A stretch of 64,000 bases of DNA from Amoebidium appalachense (taxonomy: Eukaryota; Protista; Ichthyosporea), in the NCBI GenBank assembly GCA_963693365.1, contig CAVNZM010000011.1, positions 186,001-250,000 of the forward strand, read 5' to 3'. A program made the position numbers and the translations under genes. Positions 1 through 14,218 of this stretch are shown here, piece after piece; within the stretch, counting starts at the first letter, position 1, and every line of letters starts with the position of its first letter. Under the pieces are notes generated by a model, which made no database searches, was not told the origin of the DNA, and worked only from the letters and a program-made list of their open reading frames with translations.

Positions 1-2203
1 CACAGCACACAAGGGTGTGCCCGAGCCCTCATGCAGCCACAACCTCACCACGTGAATTGCACATACATTTATCTGGGGCGTTGCACACTGGAGGCGTAGT
101 TGCTTCCGCTCTAGCCCTACGGGAGAGTATCGAAAAACCAGCGTTGACTCCACAGGCACACAGGCACACAGCAAGGGCTAGTGCCTTGGCTGCCATCCTT
201 GCAGATCTTGCAGCGTGGGAACAGAGCAATCTATTATTCGCAGTATTAGGGGTGCGTGTATTATGTGCCAGCCAACGTGGAGCTACTCAGTACTATGATA
301 GAAGCCTAGAGAGCGGCGAGAGCTGGTCATGAACAGAAGAAGGCCACACAACAAACTGTTCATGAGCGAGCGCCTGAGTCTGACGTCTGTTTTGTTGTCA
401 ACGTGACCCCTAAGATCTTCAATATATCTGGGCTTGATGGAACAAGGATCAGGATTTTCTCAATGGCAAAGAAAAGTGAAAGAGTATTTAAATCGTCATG
501 AAAAACCCCCCCAAGTCTATGATTTTGTGAGTGAGCCCAACGTGACTACCATATAAGGTAAATACGGTTCTTATGAGCCAATAGGGAACTTGCTGGTCAC
601 AGCTGGACTGAGGTGAGCTGGTGCCAGTCTGACTGCTGATTGGCTGCTCAATGAGCAACAATTGCACAGCTGTTCAACTTGATGCCCAACTCAGAGCTCT
701 GCCGGAGACTCCCGGGACCCGGTCCGCCGGAGTCTGTAGTGCTCGAGGGCGGTGTGCCAGTGGCCACTTACAAACTGTAGAGTTCATGACGCGCATGCGT
801 GGGTGCTTGCCGCCTTGCAAAACCTCATTAGAAGGTGTGCCATATAGCGTGGCTTGCTCGGCCAGCCAGCCTAATTATAAGGGTCAGATTGTCTTTAGAC
901 GGTCGAACTTTGCGTCCCTGGGAGCGATTCGACCATACGACATGCATCCTCTTTATACATATAATACTTGCTGACAGTCACTCTGCGTGGGGGTCTTACT
1001 ATGTGTTAGCGTGATAGAGGAGGTGCCGGGGGGGGAGGGGGGGGGGGGGGGAGGGGAGAGGAGGGGGGGGAGGGGGAAGAGGAGGCCTTGGGGACTTTCT
1101 GATAGGAGACAGTAGGAAGGAACAGGGGGAACAAAGAGGGCCACCGAGATAGTTGGGCCCAGAGCTATCACCGAAATGCCGGCAAGTCAGCGGTGCAATG
1201 AAGAGATAAGTTTGAACGGCTCAGCCTGTGAGGAAGGGCGGGATAAGGAATATATGCTCACGAAGCCAAGAAATCTCATGGAAAAAGCCCAGGATGAACG
1301 GAGCTTAGGGTGTTATATTATATGGGGTCAAGTATCGAGGATGCACACTTGTGATCGTGAGCGTATGAGGGATCATTTCACTATATTGGCCGCTCCTAGG
1401 CTCCCTCCGGAAGGATCCGGCCTATCCGGTGCGAGTGCATGCACGCGCACTTATGTCCAACTTGTGGGCTGGGTGTTCATGTGTATGGTGCGGTCGCGTG
1501 TGTGAGCGGCTGGACGGTCATTCATGGTCACGCTGCCCGTGCACGTTTAATTGTGCGCCCTTGTGACACGTGCTGACTCGATCACTGCTGAGCCTCGTGC
1601 CCGTTATTATATACGCAGGTGTTGATGGCATGTTTAACAACTTCGCGTGTGTTCTTTTATGCATACATGATTGTGTGTGAAGACAAAGGGTGAACGTGGT
1701 TCAAACAGGTCGGTGCACGTGGGCGTGTGGGTTAGGTGGTGGGGGAGAAGAGGGGGGGGGGGGGGGAGGGAGGGAGGTCTTTCGAGGGAGGGCTTCCATT
1801 GCAACGTTTCTGGTTTGTAGGCATCAAAATAATCATCGCCTTGATTTTAACGCATTCGTGTGTGGTTCCGGCAACGCTTGTTTCGGCTACTGGCTAGGGC
1901 TGAGCGGCTGAGCCATTGCAAGCAAGTGTGCTGATGGCGCCTCGAATCGGTCCAAGAACAAAATTGTGATCGCATAATCGAGATTTCAAAATCATGAGCG
2001 ATCCCGGATCGGATTGGCTGGTGGCTCTAACCGCCAAGTTCAAATTTGGGTGCTGCACCACTTTGGCTGGCAGTTGTGCGCTTAGTGAACTTTGAAAGGC
2101 TGAGAGGAGATAGAGCAAACTGGCATGGATGCTTAGGTCTGCAACAATCGAACGAAAAATTACCAAGCTTGCGCGGACACTTATGAGCTATATGTAGAAC
2201 ACC

Positions 2204-2563
2204 ATGGAAACTGACGAGGTGTCCATTATCAACTGCACAGACTTTGTGCTCAGGTGCGTAGGTGTGGCTGCCACATCAAGAGCTGTGTCACTAAAGAGTG
2301 CCCGAGCACGAAGAGAATCTTTTTCTGCGTATCAACATACCAAGTCAAACATAGATCAGGCCTGCGTAGTAGCAGGCTGTCAGTAATGTTAGATAGCCGA
2401 GCACTTGCGCTTCAGAATGACTTCGGACATCGATCGCCAAAACAAACACACTCGACAAACTTTGCACTGACTGCACTGCACGTGTTTTCTCACAAATCCA
2501 CCTGAGGCACACCAACTTGATGGCATGCACCTGAGCACCAGCTGCACAAAAGTACAGAGAAAA

Positions 2564-2633
<70 letters not shown>

Positions 2634-2698
2634 AAACACACACAAAGTACAGAGAAAACCACACACACACACATATACACACACACAGACACACACAG

Positions 2699-2754
<56 letters not shown>

Positions 2755-3181
2755 ACGCACATACACACATGCACACGCACACACACATCCACACAGACAC
2801 AAACACTCGTATGAATGGCAAGCACTCGCACACATTAGTACAATCACACACAAAACGAGATACACATGCATACTGTATTTTGCGCAAAGGGCATATCCAC
2901 ACACTCGCGCATGCTCGATTCCAACCACACCGACCCTTTTACAAGTTCACAGGCTCACCCACTGTCACTCTAAGCCACCTACCTGCACACACACGCACAC
3001 GCACGCGCACACAGACATGTACACCCACACACTAACTACACAGAAACGTACGAACACACTCCCACCCATCAATTTTGAGCACAAGCTCCTAAGCCCACTC
3101 GTTTAAAATCATTACCAGACAAACACACATTCCCACAGCCCTATCTTGTCTGCATTCACACCTTCATGCACATCCACACTA

Positions 3182-3260
<79 letters not shown>

Positions 3261-3267
3261 CTCTCAC

Positions 3268-3345
<78 letters not shown>

Positions 3346-3459
3346 TTGCACACAGCCTGTTGGAGCACGATGGAGACACCATGGAGGTAGCCAGCCAGAC
3401 CGACACAGGAGATGAGGTGCCCTCCTCCCCCTCCCCTCCCTCCCCTCCCTCCCCTCTCC

Positions 3460-3532
<73 letters not shown>

Positions 3533-3943
3533 AAATGGAGCCCACCACCTATTCATAGCAGTCGGTCATTCTACTCCCCAGGCCTCTGTTTGTGCGTGTG
3601 AATACCCACAGCGCTTCCTCTGCTACTGTGTGGTTTGGTGTTTAAGGGATGGTGGGGGTGTCCAACCAGGCAGGGGGGGTGCAGGGGGGGTCTGAGGAGT
3701 ACGAGGACACAGGCACGGGGCAGGACTACATGTTGGGGGGGGACATGCGGCCAAAGCGGGTAGGTGCCTTATGTGGTAATGTCTGGTTGGGCATCTGGCA
3801 GGCGTTACAGTCTCATTAGGTGTTGGTGGAGAGCTGTGGAGACGTGGTGCACAGGCATGCTACTATGGGCACACGCATGCGCGCGCGCACACGTGTGTGC
3901 GTGTGTGCGTGCGTGTGTGTGCGTGTGTGTGTGTGTCTGTGTG

Positions 3944-3974
<31 letters not shown>

Positions 3975-4205
3975 TTGTTTGTGTGTGTGTGTGTGTGTGT
4001 TCGTGGTCAGAAATAGCAAACGTGCACACAAGTTTGTTAATAAACCTGATAAAAGGAGCAGTTAGTATGTTAGTGTGTTACCTCCGCACCCCCGTTCCCC
4101 ACCATCACCACACACACCCCTGGAGCGATGCACACCCGTGTGGGCACTACTTACCACACGTGGCCAGATGCACACAGACCCCAGCCGTTAACGTATCCTC
4201 CCTCT

Positions 4206-4274
<69 letters not shown>

Positions 4275-4295
4275 ACACACATACACACACACATA

Positions 4296-4370
<75 letters not shown>

Positions 4371-7176
4371 ACACATACACACATACACACATACACACAC
4401 ACACACATACACACAGGGCACTTTGGCATGTGACCTGGATGTCAACTCGTCGATGGAAGAATCTTTGGAAGAAGCAACCAAAGAGGTGAGACCCCCCCTC
4501 CCCGCCTCCTCCTTCCCCAAGAATAAAGACAAAAAATTCGAGAAAGAAATAAAGAAAAGAAAAGGTAAGGAAAACGGAAAAGAAAAAGGAGGTGGACAAA
4601 GAAAAGAAAAGGAAACAACCAATAAATGGAAGGAAGTAAGAGACGAAAAAGCTGGGAACATAAGCACACGAAAGAAGGTACAAAAGGGAAACGGGAAGAT
4701 TTGCAACCACCCACCCGCACCTTATAAGCCCTGTGGAGCTCGTCTTTATCTGCCAATATGTTCGAGCAGGCTGTAAACCGGATGGTATTACGGCATGTTT
4801 GTATTGGGAGGTTTTAAATCGGGGGGGGGGGGTGTCACTGTGTGATAATAGATAGGGAGGGTGTAAAAGAAGGCATCGCTATCTGTTTGGTCCCAGGGGG
4901 CTGCAAGCTAGTCGGCTTCACTGCAGAGTTCGTAGTGGCCAGCACCACAAATCAGAAGCTTTAATCTCTCATTCTCATCAACCCCCCCCCCACCGCACGA
5001 CTCCCGCAGGACACCATTGCAAACATCCTTGCACAACCCTGCCCTTGCAACGACCCGCACTATGCGCCATACGTACACCCACAACACGGACACGTGCTTA
5101 CATCGCGCTTAGACATTCCCGGCCTGCCCGCAGACTTTGCATCGCTCATGCATTTTGGAACCAAGTTCCGAATGCAGGTCGAGCAAACGGAGGACACCAC
5201 CTGTAGCAATTTATTGACACAGGCGTTGCAAAGTGTAACAAGATGTACGATCTTGGTATGGCAGCTTATCCCTCTTTGAATCCGTGGGCAGCCGCCGTCT
5301 TTACTAAGTGTCGCCCCTTCCTGCCATATGCACAACACGCACCCAACACACACACCGTACCACAAGCTTCTGTGCTTCTACTGCGTCGCTTCCAAAAACG
5401 TTTCGTAGTCACCACAATGGATAAAGCTAGCAACACGTTCGTGATCGTCTGCAAAAAACACTACGTTAGCAGCATTACAGCCGAACTGCATGCACCTGCC
5501 GCAACATACACCGTCTGCAACACTGCACCAAAAGACATTGTTGCACAACACCTTGCATTTCTCAAAACACATGACATAAAAGGCACACCAGGACGTCGCA
5601 CTGCACGCTTGCCCACATTTCAGGCCATAGTTAAAATGCACAAAACACCACCCACCTTCCGTTTCATTGCCAACTCCTCTGCCACATCACTTGAACCTCT
5701 CTCCCGCCTTCTCACTAGTGTGTTTAAGTTCGTCTCCCCTGATGTCGAACGTATGTGGTGTGATGTTGTCAAACCCCACCTGCCACACAACACTAGCTCT
5801 TGGATTCTCACGGATAGCACCGCACTCACACACACAATCAACGCCCTTAACCGTACCACACGCCAACACGAAAATACGCCCGTGTCTGTGTTTGATTTTT
5901 CCACACTCTACACCAAGATTGACTTGCATGATTTGAAAGCTCGCCTCACTACACTGATTGACGCAATATTTGTCAAAAAATGCACGGACGCTCGCAAACC
6001 ACACATGTTTATTAAGAAAACCGGCTCCACGTTGTCCTGGGTGGATCGTGTAGATGATGATTCCCAGGATGATTCCTTTGAGCCTAAAGAACACTCTCTA
6101 CATCTCTCTAAGGCACAGCTTGTGGATTTTCTATGTTTCCTCGTAGATAACATATATGTTGTGTTTGGCGATACCCTCTACAAACAGGACATTGGTATCC
6201 CCATGGGTACAAACTGTGCTGTTTTCTTGGCTAATTTCTATCTCTTTACTTATGAGTTGGATTTTGTTCGCAAGCTTATTGCACACGAACGCATTGATGT
6301 CTTGGTAGATTTTCAGTTTACTCGCCGCTACATAGATGATTTGATCTCCCTTCATAATCCTCGCATTCTCTCCCACCTCTATTTAGAAGATTGTGATTTC
6401 GGTCTATATCCCAAGACCAGCCTTCAACTCAACCCTGCCGGTTCCTCCCCCTCTGTCCCCTACCTCGACTTGCATATCACCTGCACTAATCACGGCATTC
6501 ACACAACCATCTACAACAAGCTCGACACACCCACGTTCAATACACTAGACATCGTTCGTTTCCCACATCACGACTCATTCATCTCCCGCACTGCAAAATA
6601 CGGCATCATGACAAGTCAAATGCATAGCTACCAGCGCAAATGCTCCACACTTGCTGCATTCACCACATGCACTGCACGACTTGCTAAAACATTGCTTAAC
6701 AAAGGCTACTCGTTTAGACTCTTGCACCACAAAATGCACAGCTTTCTCGCCACACACCCGCACATATACCGTGGCGTTCACTCCTCTCACATACTCTCCA
6801 TCATCACTAAAAAGATCAACACTCCCTAGTCCCCCACTCTATCCCGGTTCCCCCCCCCCCCCCCCCCCCCCCCCTCCCCCCCTACCAGCCCCTACACCTC
6901 CCCCCCCCCCCCCCCCCCTCCCCCCCCCCCTCCCTCTCTCTCTCCCTCTCTCTCTCCCTCTCCCTCTCTCTCCCTCCCTCTCTCTCTCTCTCCCTCTCCC
7001 CCTCTCCCCCCCTTCCCCCTCCCCCCCCCCCCCCCCCCCCCCCCCCCCTCTCTCTCTCCCCCCGCTCCTTTTCCCAAACAATTCCCCCGCCGTTCTTCTT
7101 TCTCAGCCGGCTAGGTTTTTTGGGTTGCCTGGTAAGTTTTGAAATGGAGGTCTCGTCTCTGATCTGTCCACCACAG

Positions 7177-7210
<34 letters not shown>

Positions 7211-7249
7211 CTTCTTTTTCTTCCCCCTCCCTCCCTCCCCTCCCTTCCC

Positions 7250-7319
<70 letters not shown>

Positions 7320-7917
7320 CCCCTTCTCCTCCCCCCCCCCCCCCCCCCCCATTCCCCTCCTACCTTCTTTTTCCCCCCCTTTCCCCTCCTCCCCCCCCCC
7401 CCCCCCCCCCCCCCATTCCCCTCCTACCTTCTTTTTCCCCCCCCTTTCCCCCCCCCCCCCCCCCCCCCCCCCCTGGCCAAACCCTGTATACACTCTTCTC
7501 ATCAGCAGGTCTCTAACCCACTCTGCAGAACGTTTTACGCATTTCTCCCCTCGGAGAACTTGGTCGTTGGTGCGTTTTTGTCTGACATCTAACGACTCTG
7601 CAGGGTCCCCTGAGACTACTGACACTCTAACATTCCCTCCCCTCTCTTACTTCCCCCCCCCCCCCCCCCCCTCCCCCTTTCCCTCCCTCCTTCCCCTCCC
7701 ATTTTCTCTGCACACCCAACAGGTCTTAACCAGATCTGCACATCGTTAGTCACAATCTTCTCACATATATGAGAGAATGATCGTATTGGTACGATTTGTC
7801 TAATATCTGACGATTCTGCAGCATCCATAAGACCCCCCTCCCCCTCCCCTCCCCTCCCCCCCCCCCCCCCCCCCCCCCACCTTCTCTCTCTCTCTCTCTC
7901 CCTCTCTCCCTCTCTCC

Positions 7918-7975
<58 letters not shown>

Positions 7976-8072
7976 TTCCTCCTTTTTTTTTTTTTTTTTT
8001 TTTTTTTTTTGGCGCCTGTTGTTTTGCTTGTCATTTGTTGTTCTGGTTGATTACCTGTAATCTTCGCTTATT

Positions 8073-8107
<35 letters not shown>

Positions 8108-9060
8108 TGTGCGGGGTTGCACATACCGGTGTCTACTTTTCTTCTTACTGTTTTTCTCTCCACACACTTCATCTGTCCACTTCTGCATACCCCCTTTCAT
8201 AGCTATAGACACACTTCACACATTGCGTTACGCGCACGCATGCACACACCGCTCTGTTGGCGACAGCTCCCTTGGAACCCATGCGGCATGTTACCCGCCG
8301 GCGTAACATAACTCGGACTATCGGTTTGGCTTTTTTCAAGCCCAAAGCAATGGGTGATACCATATTTCCGGCTGACATCCGGGGGCATAGCTTTCCGTTC
8401 GAAGACGATAAAGTTCCGCCCTAGTAAGCGTGTTACTACCCTGCGGCGTGGGTCAAATCTCATATTTTCCCCTCTGATTACGAATTCTGTGGCCTTCGGG
8501 ACTTAATTCTTTTCAGCTGGTGTAGTATGTTAGCCAGGGAAGTATCGACTTAGGTATCGACGGGGGAGCTTCCTAGAAGCCCCGTCTCCTGAGTTCCTAT
8601 CTATATTTTTCTTGCTTCTGCTTTACTGCTGCAACTTTAACCCCCGGCCTTTCCCACTGCCCTTGCCTGCATAAGCAACCCTGCTCGTCTCTGATCAAGA
8701 CGGGTGACCTACTCATGTTCAAGTGAAACAGTATCTGAGTTGGGTTTCGTTAACGAGGGGAATAGGTCGAAACTCGGGTACTGTGGATGACGTGGGCCCC
8801 CCCTGAGGATGGGCTCTGCTTATTATGCATACTCTTTATGTATGGCTTGCATTCTGCATCGTGTTATCCGTTTGTTCTTGTGTACTTCGTACTTTTTGAC
8901 GCATTCAAACCCCCCCCCCCCCCCCCCCCCGGGCTTCCCCAGCCAACACACATATGTTTGCTGGCATTTTACAGCACATAAAATGACAAATATGCACGGA
9001 TGTTCGTAATGCACAAAGACAGGGGCACATACTCGCTCGCTCACTCGTGTACCCAAACGG

Positions 9061-9098
<38 letters not shown>

Positions 9099-9326
9099 CC
9101 AAGAGCTGCAGCACAAGTACGACCAGGAAGTTGTGAGTGGCCTTGGCCCCCCCCCCTCCCCCCCCCCCCCCTCCCCCCTTTCTCCTCACAAGCTTGCTAC
9201 AGACACAGCCACAAAAGAGCTGTGATGGTGTGGTCACTGTGAAGATTGGAAAGCACCTGTTCCTTTAAATATTATATGCCCAGCCGGTGTCAAAAGTGAT
9301 TCTATTAAAAAAAAATGAAGATGTCT

Positions 9327-9359
<33 letters not shown>

Positions 9360-11976
9360 GGGGGTGGTGGGCAGGGGGGAGGTTTAGCTGGTGGATGGGC
9401 TCTTTAGCAAATTGTAGGACCACACGTGCCTGTTTATTGGCTGTTGTTGGAATATTTCAGTGGGGCAGAGACAGCTGTTCCGATCCTGTCCTCTTTTGTG
9501 TGGGGAAGTGGTGTGAATAGCCTGCCAGACATATCGCTATAGTGTTGGCAGCTAGAACGTTTGGTGGTCACGCAGTAATCTTGGTCATAGTGATGGTCTT
9601 TACTTGCAGCGAAGCGGGCGGCGGCGGCAACGACATTCTGGACACTGACACAGTCCAGAGCTTATATACTATGATTGGAATGTGGAGTCATCCCAACAGA
9701 GATCCAATCACATACCAGCCGAGATCCCTATATGACTTAGAACCAATCATCATCCCATAGTCATCACGATCACGATAGCGAGTGAGATGGGTTGACATAT
9801 GCGATCACATATCCTGACAGCTGTGTATCATGCCGGTATGCTGACACCCCACCAATCAGATGCGGACCGAGGAGTTGCAGCTGCTGCTGGCATGTGCTGT
9901 GGGTCCCCCCTCCCCCCTCCTCCCCTTCCACGTGGCATGTGCTTGGTGGGCTCTGTGCTATTTTGCTGTTTTTTGTGTGCCTTGTTAGATGCTGTTTGTC
10001 GCACATGTCAACTCTCCTAATCACCCACCATAACGCAGGACTTTCACACACACACACACACACACGAACACACACGAACACACACACGAACACACACAGG
10101 AGGCCGATGTAGCCCGCCTGGAGTGTGAGTGCGAAGAGTTGAGGCAGCAGCTGGGGGAGGCCAAGGGGTGGGCCAAGAGGGCCCAGCACCTGACAGAGCA
10201 GGTGGGGGGGGTTTATTGCAAAAGTGCATGTGATAGGTGGGGGGGTTTAATTGCACAGTGCATGTGATAGTTGGGGGGGTTTAATTGCACAGTGCATGAG
10301 ATAAGTGGGGCGGTTTGGTTGCACAGTACATGATATAGGTGGGGGAAGGGGGGGGGGGGGGGGGGGGGGGGGGTAATTGCACAGTACATGAGATAGGACC
10401 CCCTGGCCTATCACCTTAGGCATGATATGGCACCACCCCTCGGCTGTTACAGGAGGGTGGCCGGGAGGGCTGGGGTTGCTTTATCCAGCGCCGATTGTGC
10501 ACATTTGATGTGCCAATCCGTTTGGATTGGACAGTGGACAGGGGTATGTAGATTGGGCAGACCATGGAGTTATCATTCACGTAGGCACATATGTGTTAGT
10601 TTTTTTTTTTTTTTTTTTGGGGGGGGGGGGAGGGGGGGGGGGGAGTTGGAGGCACACAGCACCTGCACGGGTGCACGTGCAGATGCCTAACATGTACCTA
10701 AACCCACCTGACACCCCCTCCCCCCAGCACGTGCAGATGCAGCAGCAGCTGTGGGGGTTGGAGGAGCAACTGGCTGCCGTGGCCGAGAGAGAGAGAGAGG
10801 CACAGAGGGCATGCAGGGGCGCAGGGGAGAGGGCCCGCAGGTGGGAGGAGGATTGTGCTGACATGGCGGTAAGTGGTGGGGGAAGGGGGAGGGAGGAGGG
10901 GGGAGGTGGCGATGGGAGTGGTGGCGGAACTGACAGGGGGTGCAGGCACGCATGGGGGTGGAGAGGGAGGAGTGGGCCAAAGAGAGGGGGGCCTGGAGAG
11001 TGCCCTCCTTGAGTTGGAGAGGGAGAGGGAGGGGCTGGCAGTCAGGGTGTTTGAGCTGGAGAGAGAGAACACCGTGCTGGCTGAGGGCCTGCTTGCTGCC
11101 AGCGACCAGCTGGATGCATGCAAGGTGGGTGCATGCACACATGCAGGGATTGGTGCTGGGCAGGGGGGAGCGGGGAGGGGGAGGTGGGCTCTAGAGCTAA
11201 CGGGGGGGTTTTACAGACTTTGGCCGACGATGGACGGGCCGGCAGCAGACCACCCAGCCCCTATGGAGTCCCCCAGGTGGGTGGGGGTGGGCACTGGCTG
11301 GCATGGGGGTGGGCACTGGCTGATATGGGGGGAGGGCACTGGCTGATATGGGGGGTGGGCACTGGCTGGCATGGGGGGTGGGCACTGGCTGGCATGGGGG
11401 TGGGCACTGGCTGATATGGGGGGTGGGTTTTCAGCTGCCGTCACTGGCACATGAGCTCCGAGCCAGCGGGCACAGAGGCAGCCCAAAGGGTATGTGGCTC
11501 CCGGTAATTGCTTGGCTCTCCCAAGTCTTATTCCCCAGCACCCATTTTGCTTTTTCAAGTTCTATTTCCCAGCACAGTCCTATGTGCCTCCAGCACCCAT
11601 TTTGCTTTTTCAAGTTCTATTTCCCAGCACAGTCCTATGTGCCTCAGCACCCATTCAGTCCTACTTTTAAAACCACCTCCAGCACCCATTCAGTCCTACT
11701 TTTAAAACCATTCAGTCCTACTTTTAACACCATTCAGTCCTACTTTTAAAACCATTCAGTCCTACTTTTAAAACCACCTACATCATGCACCTTCCTCACC
11801 CCACCCCCCTGTACCCCCCAGCCACACCGCGCAAGGCCACACCAGCCAGCCCCCAGCAGGCATTTGCCACGGCAAGACAGACACAGGGCAAGCACACGGA
11901 CAGCAAAGAGAACAGATACAGCACCCCCACAGTCAGGAAGCAGCTGTTCCCTGCAGGTGCACACACGCGCGCGCAC

Positions 11977-12034
<58 letters not shown>

Positions 12035-12090
12035 ATACACACATACACACACACACACACACACACATACACATACACATACACGTACAC

Positions 12091-12127
<37 letters not shown>

Positions 12128-12172
12128 TACATACACACACATACACATACACACACACACACACACGCACAC

Positions 12173-12254
<82 letters not shown>

Positions 12255-12371
12255 GCACATATACACATACACATACACATGCACATACACATACACATAC
12301 ACATACACACATACACACGCGCGTGACCCCACATGGCATCTGTTTGTACATGGTGGGCTAATGGTGGTCGT

Positions 12372-12408
<37 letters not shown>

Positions 12409-12436
12409 ACCACCACCACCACCACCACCACCACCA

Positions 12437-12473
<37 letters not shown>

Positions 12474-14184
12474 ATCACCACAGCTTCTGTTGCCACCAGT
12501 GCCACACCACCCGCTCATCCTACCACATACATACCACCCCCCCCCCCCCCCCCCCTCCCCCCCCCCCCCTTCTCCTCCTCGGGCATGCCAGGAACTCCCA
12601 ATATGTTCCAACCACAAAGCAAGCACACGTCTTCTACTTTCTCAAACCTTTTACCTCCCCCCTGCCCCACCACCACTACCAACACACCAACCACACACGA
12701 AACATCCCTCACACACGACCCATACATCCTGCCCATCCACATACACACACCATCCATTGACGCATACAATTCTTACAGACGCCAACACGGTCTACTTCAC
12801 GGGCCGACCGGACGGGCGCCGACCACTTGGAGAGAGCACAGCACCCAACCGCAAACAGAGAAGAGAGAGGGAGGGCGAGTGGAAGGGCATGTGGGAGGAG
12901 GAGAGGGCAGCCAGGGAGCAGATGGAGAGGGAGTGGGCCAGCGGCCAGGAGAGAGTGGTGGCATTGGAGGGGCAGGTGGTGGCATTGCAGGCAGAGAAAG
13001 TGGTGTTGGTGGGGGAGATAGAGACACACCGGGGCACTATACACCACTTGGAGGGGGAGATAGAGACACACCGGGGCACTATAAACCACTTGGAGGGGGA
13101 GATAGAGACACACCGGGGCACTATACACCACTTGGAGGCGGAGTTAGAGACACACCGGGGCACTATACACCACTTGGAGGGGGAGATAGAGACACACCGG
13201 GGCACCATACACATGTTGGAGGCGGATATAGAAGCACAGCGCGGCACCATACACCAATTGGAGGGGAAGATAGCAACACACCGGGGTACTATACACCGAT
13301 TGGAGGGAAAGGTGGATCGGGCGAACCGTGAGACCGAGACACACCGCAAGGAGATAGGACGGTTGAAGGATGAGGCGGCAGAGAGAGGGGCAGTCGTGGA
13401 GTACCTGTATCGGGCCATGGAAAGTATCACGGCCGAGACGCAACTTATCCTGGCCACACACGATACAGGGAGGAAAGGGTGGGAGGAGGAGAGGACATGT
13501 CTGCAGGCAGAGATTGGGCGGCTAGAGGGGGCACTTGGTGCAGCACATGAGCTGACAGACGAATTGGGGGGGGAGATGGGTGCCCTGGCACAGCAGAAGC
13601 AGCAACTGGCCAATCAGGTTGCAGCGTGGCAGGATCGGGCCAATCGGGTGCGAGAATGCCTCGGGCGTGCGCTGGAGGTGCACTGCGGGCTGCACGGGGA
13701 GGTGGACAGGGTGTGGGGGGAGGAGGGGGGCAGGTGGAGGCACATGTTGTGGGCCCTGGCTGTGGGGGTCGACGTGCTGGGGGGGGTTGCTGGAGAGGCA
13801 GCTAGGCACCTGGATGAGGCAGAGGAGGTGCGTGGGTGGGTGGGTTGGTGGGTGGGGTGGTGGAGGTGGCGGTGGTTGGGGTGGGGAGGGAGGGGGGGGG
13901 ATGGCTGGGTGGGTGGGTGGGGGGGGGGGGGGGGGGGGGGGGAGTGGGATTGTGGGTGCGTGGCTAAGGCTTGTATTGGTGTTGTGCACGCATGTTCCAT
14001 GGTGGCCTGCGCTATCCGGCCGTTGGCATCGGCACTGATTTGTGTTGTCGTTTTTTCGAATGCACTGCCACTCAAAGATCAACACGAAGAAGTAACATGC
14101 AAACACACCTCACGGTCCACACGCTGCACTGCCAGGGGCTACGTGTGTGCATTCTGGACAGAACCACTGACCCCCCACTGCCCC

Positions 14185-14218
<34 letters not shown>

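Noticed and set aside
15-1700. Short ORFs and a possible retroelement UTR at the window start
   Set aside because: No recognisable motifs, consistent splice pattern or termini.
2345-4430. Long HT/VC-repeat ORFs (and similar ORFs throughout the window)
   Set aside because: These are translations of (CA)n/(GT)n microsatellites that lack stop codons, and they lie in introns.
5277-5279. TGA as selenocysteine read-through, as reported for some Naiad PLEs
   Set aside because: That frame hits TAG about 130 bp later and the RT continues in a different frame, so a frameshift explains it.
6840-8010. Pro/Gly-rich ORFs and G-quadruplex-like tracts
   Set aside because: Homopolymer runs are ubiquitous here and their lengths may be sequencing artefacts; there is no locus-specific signal.
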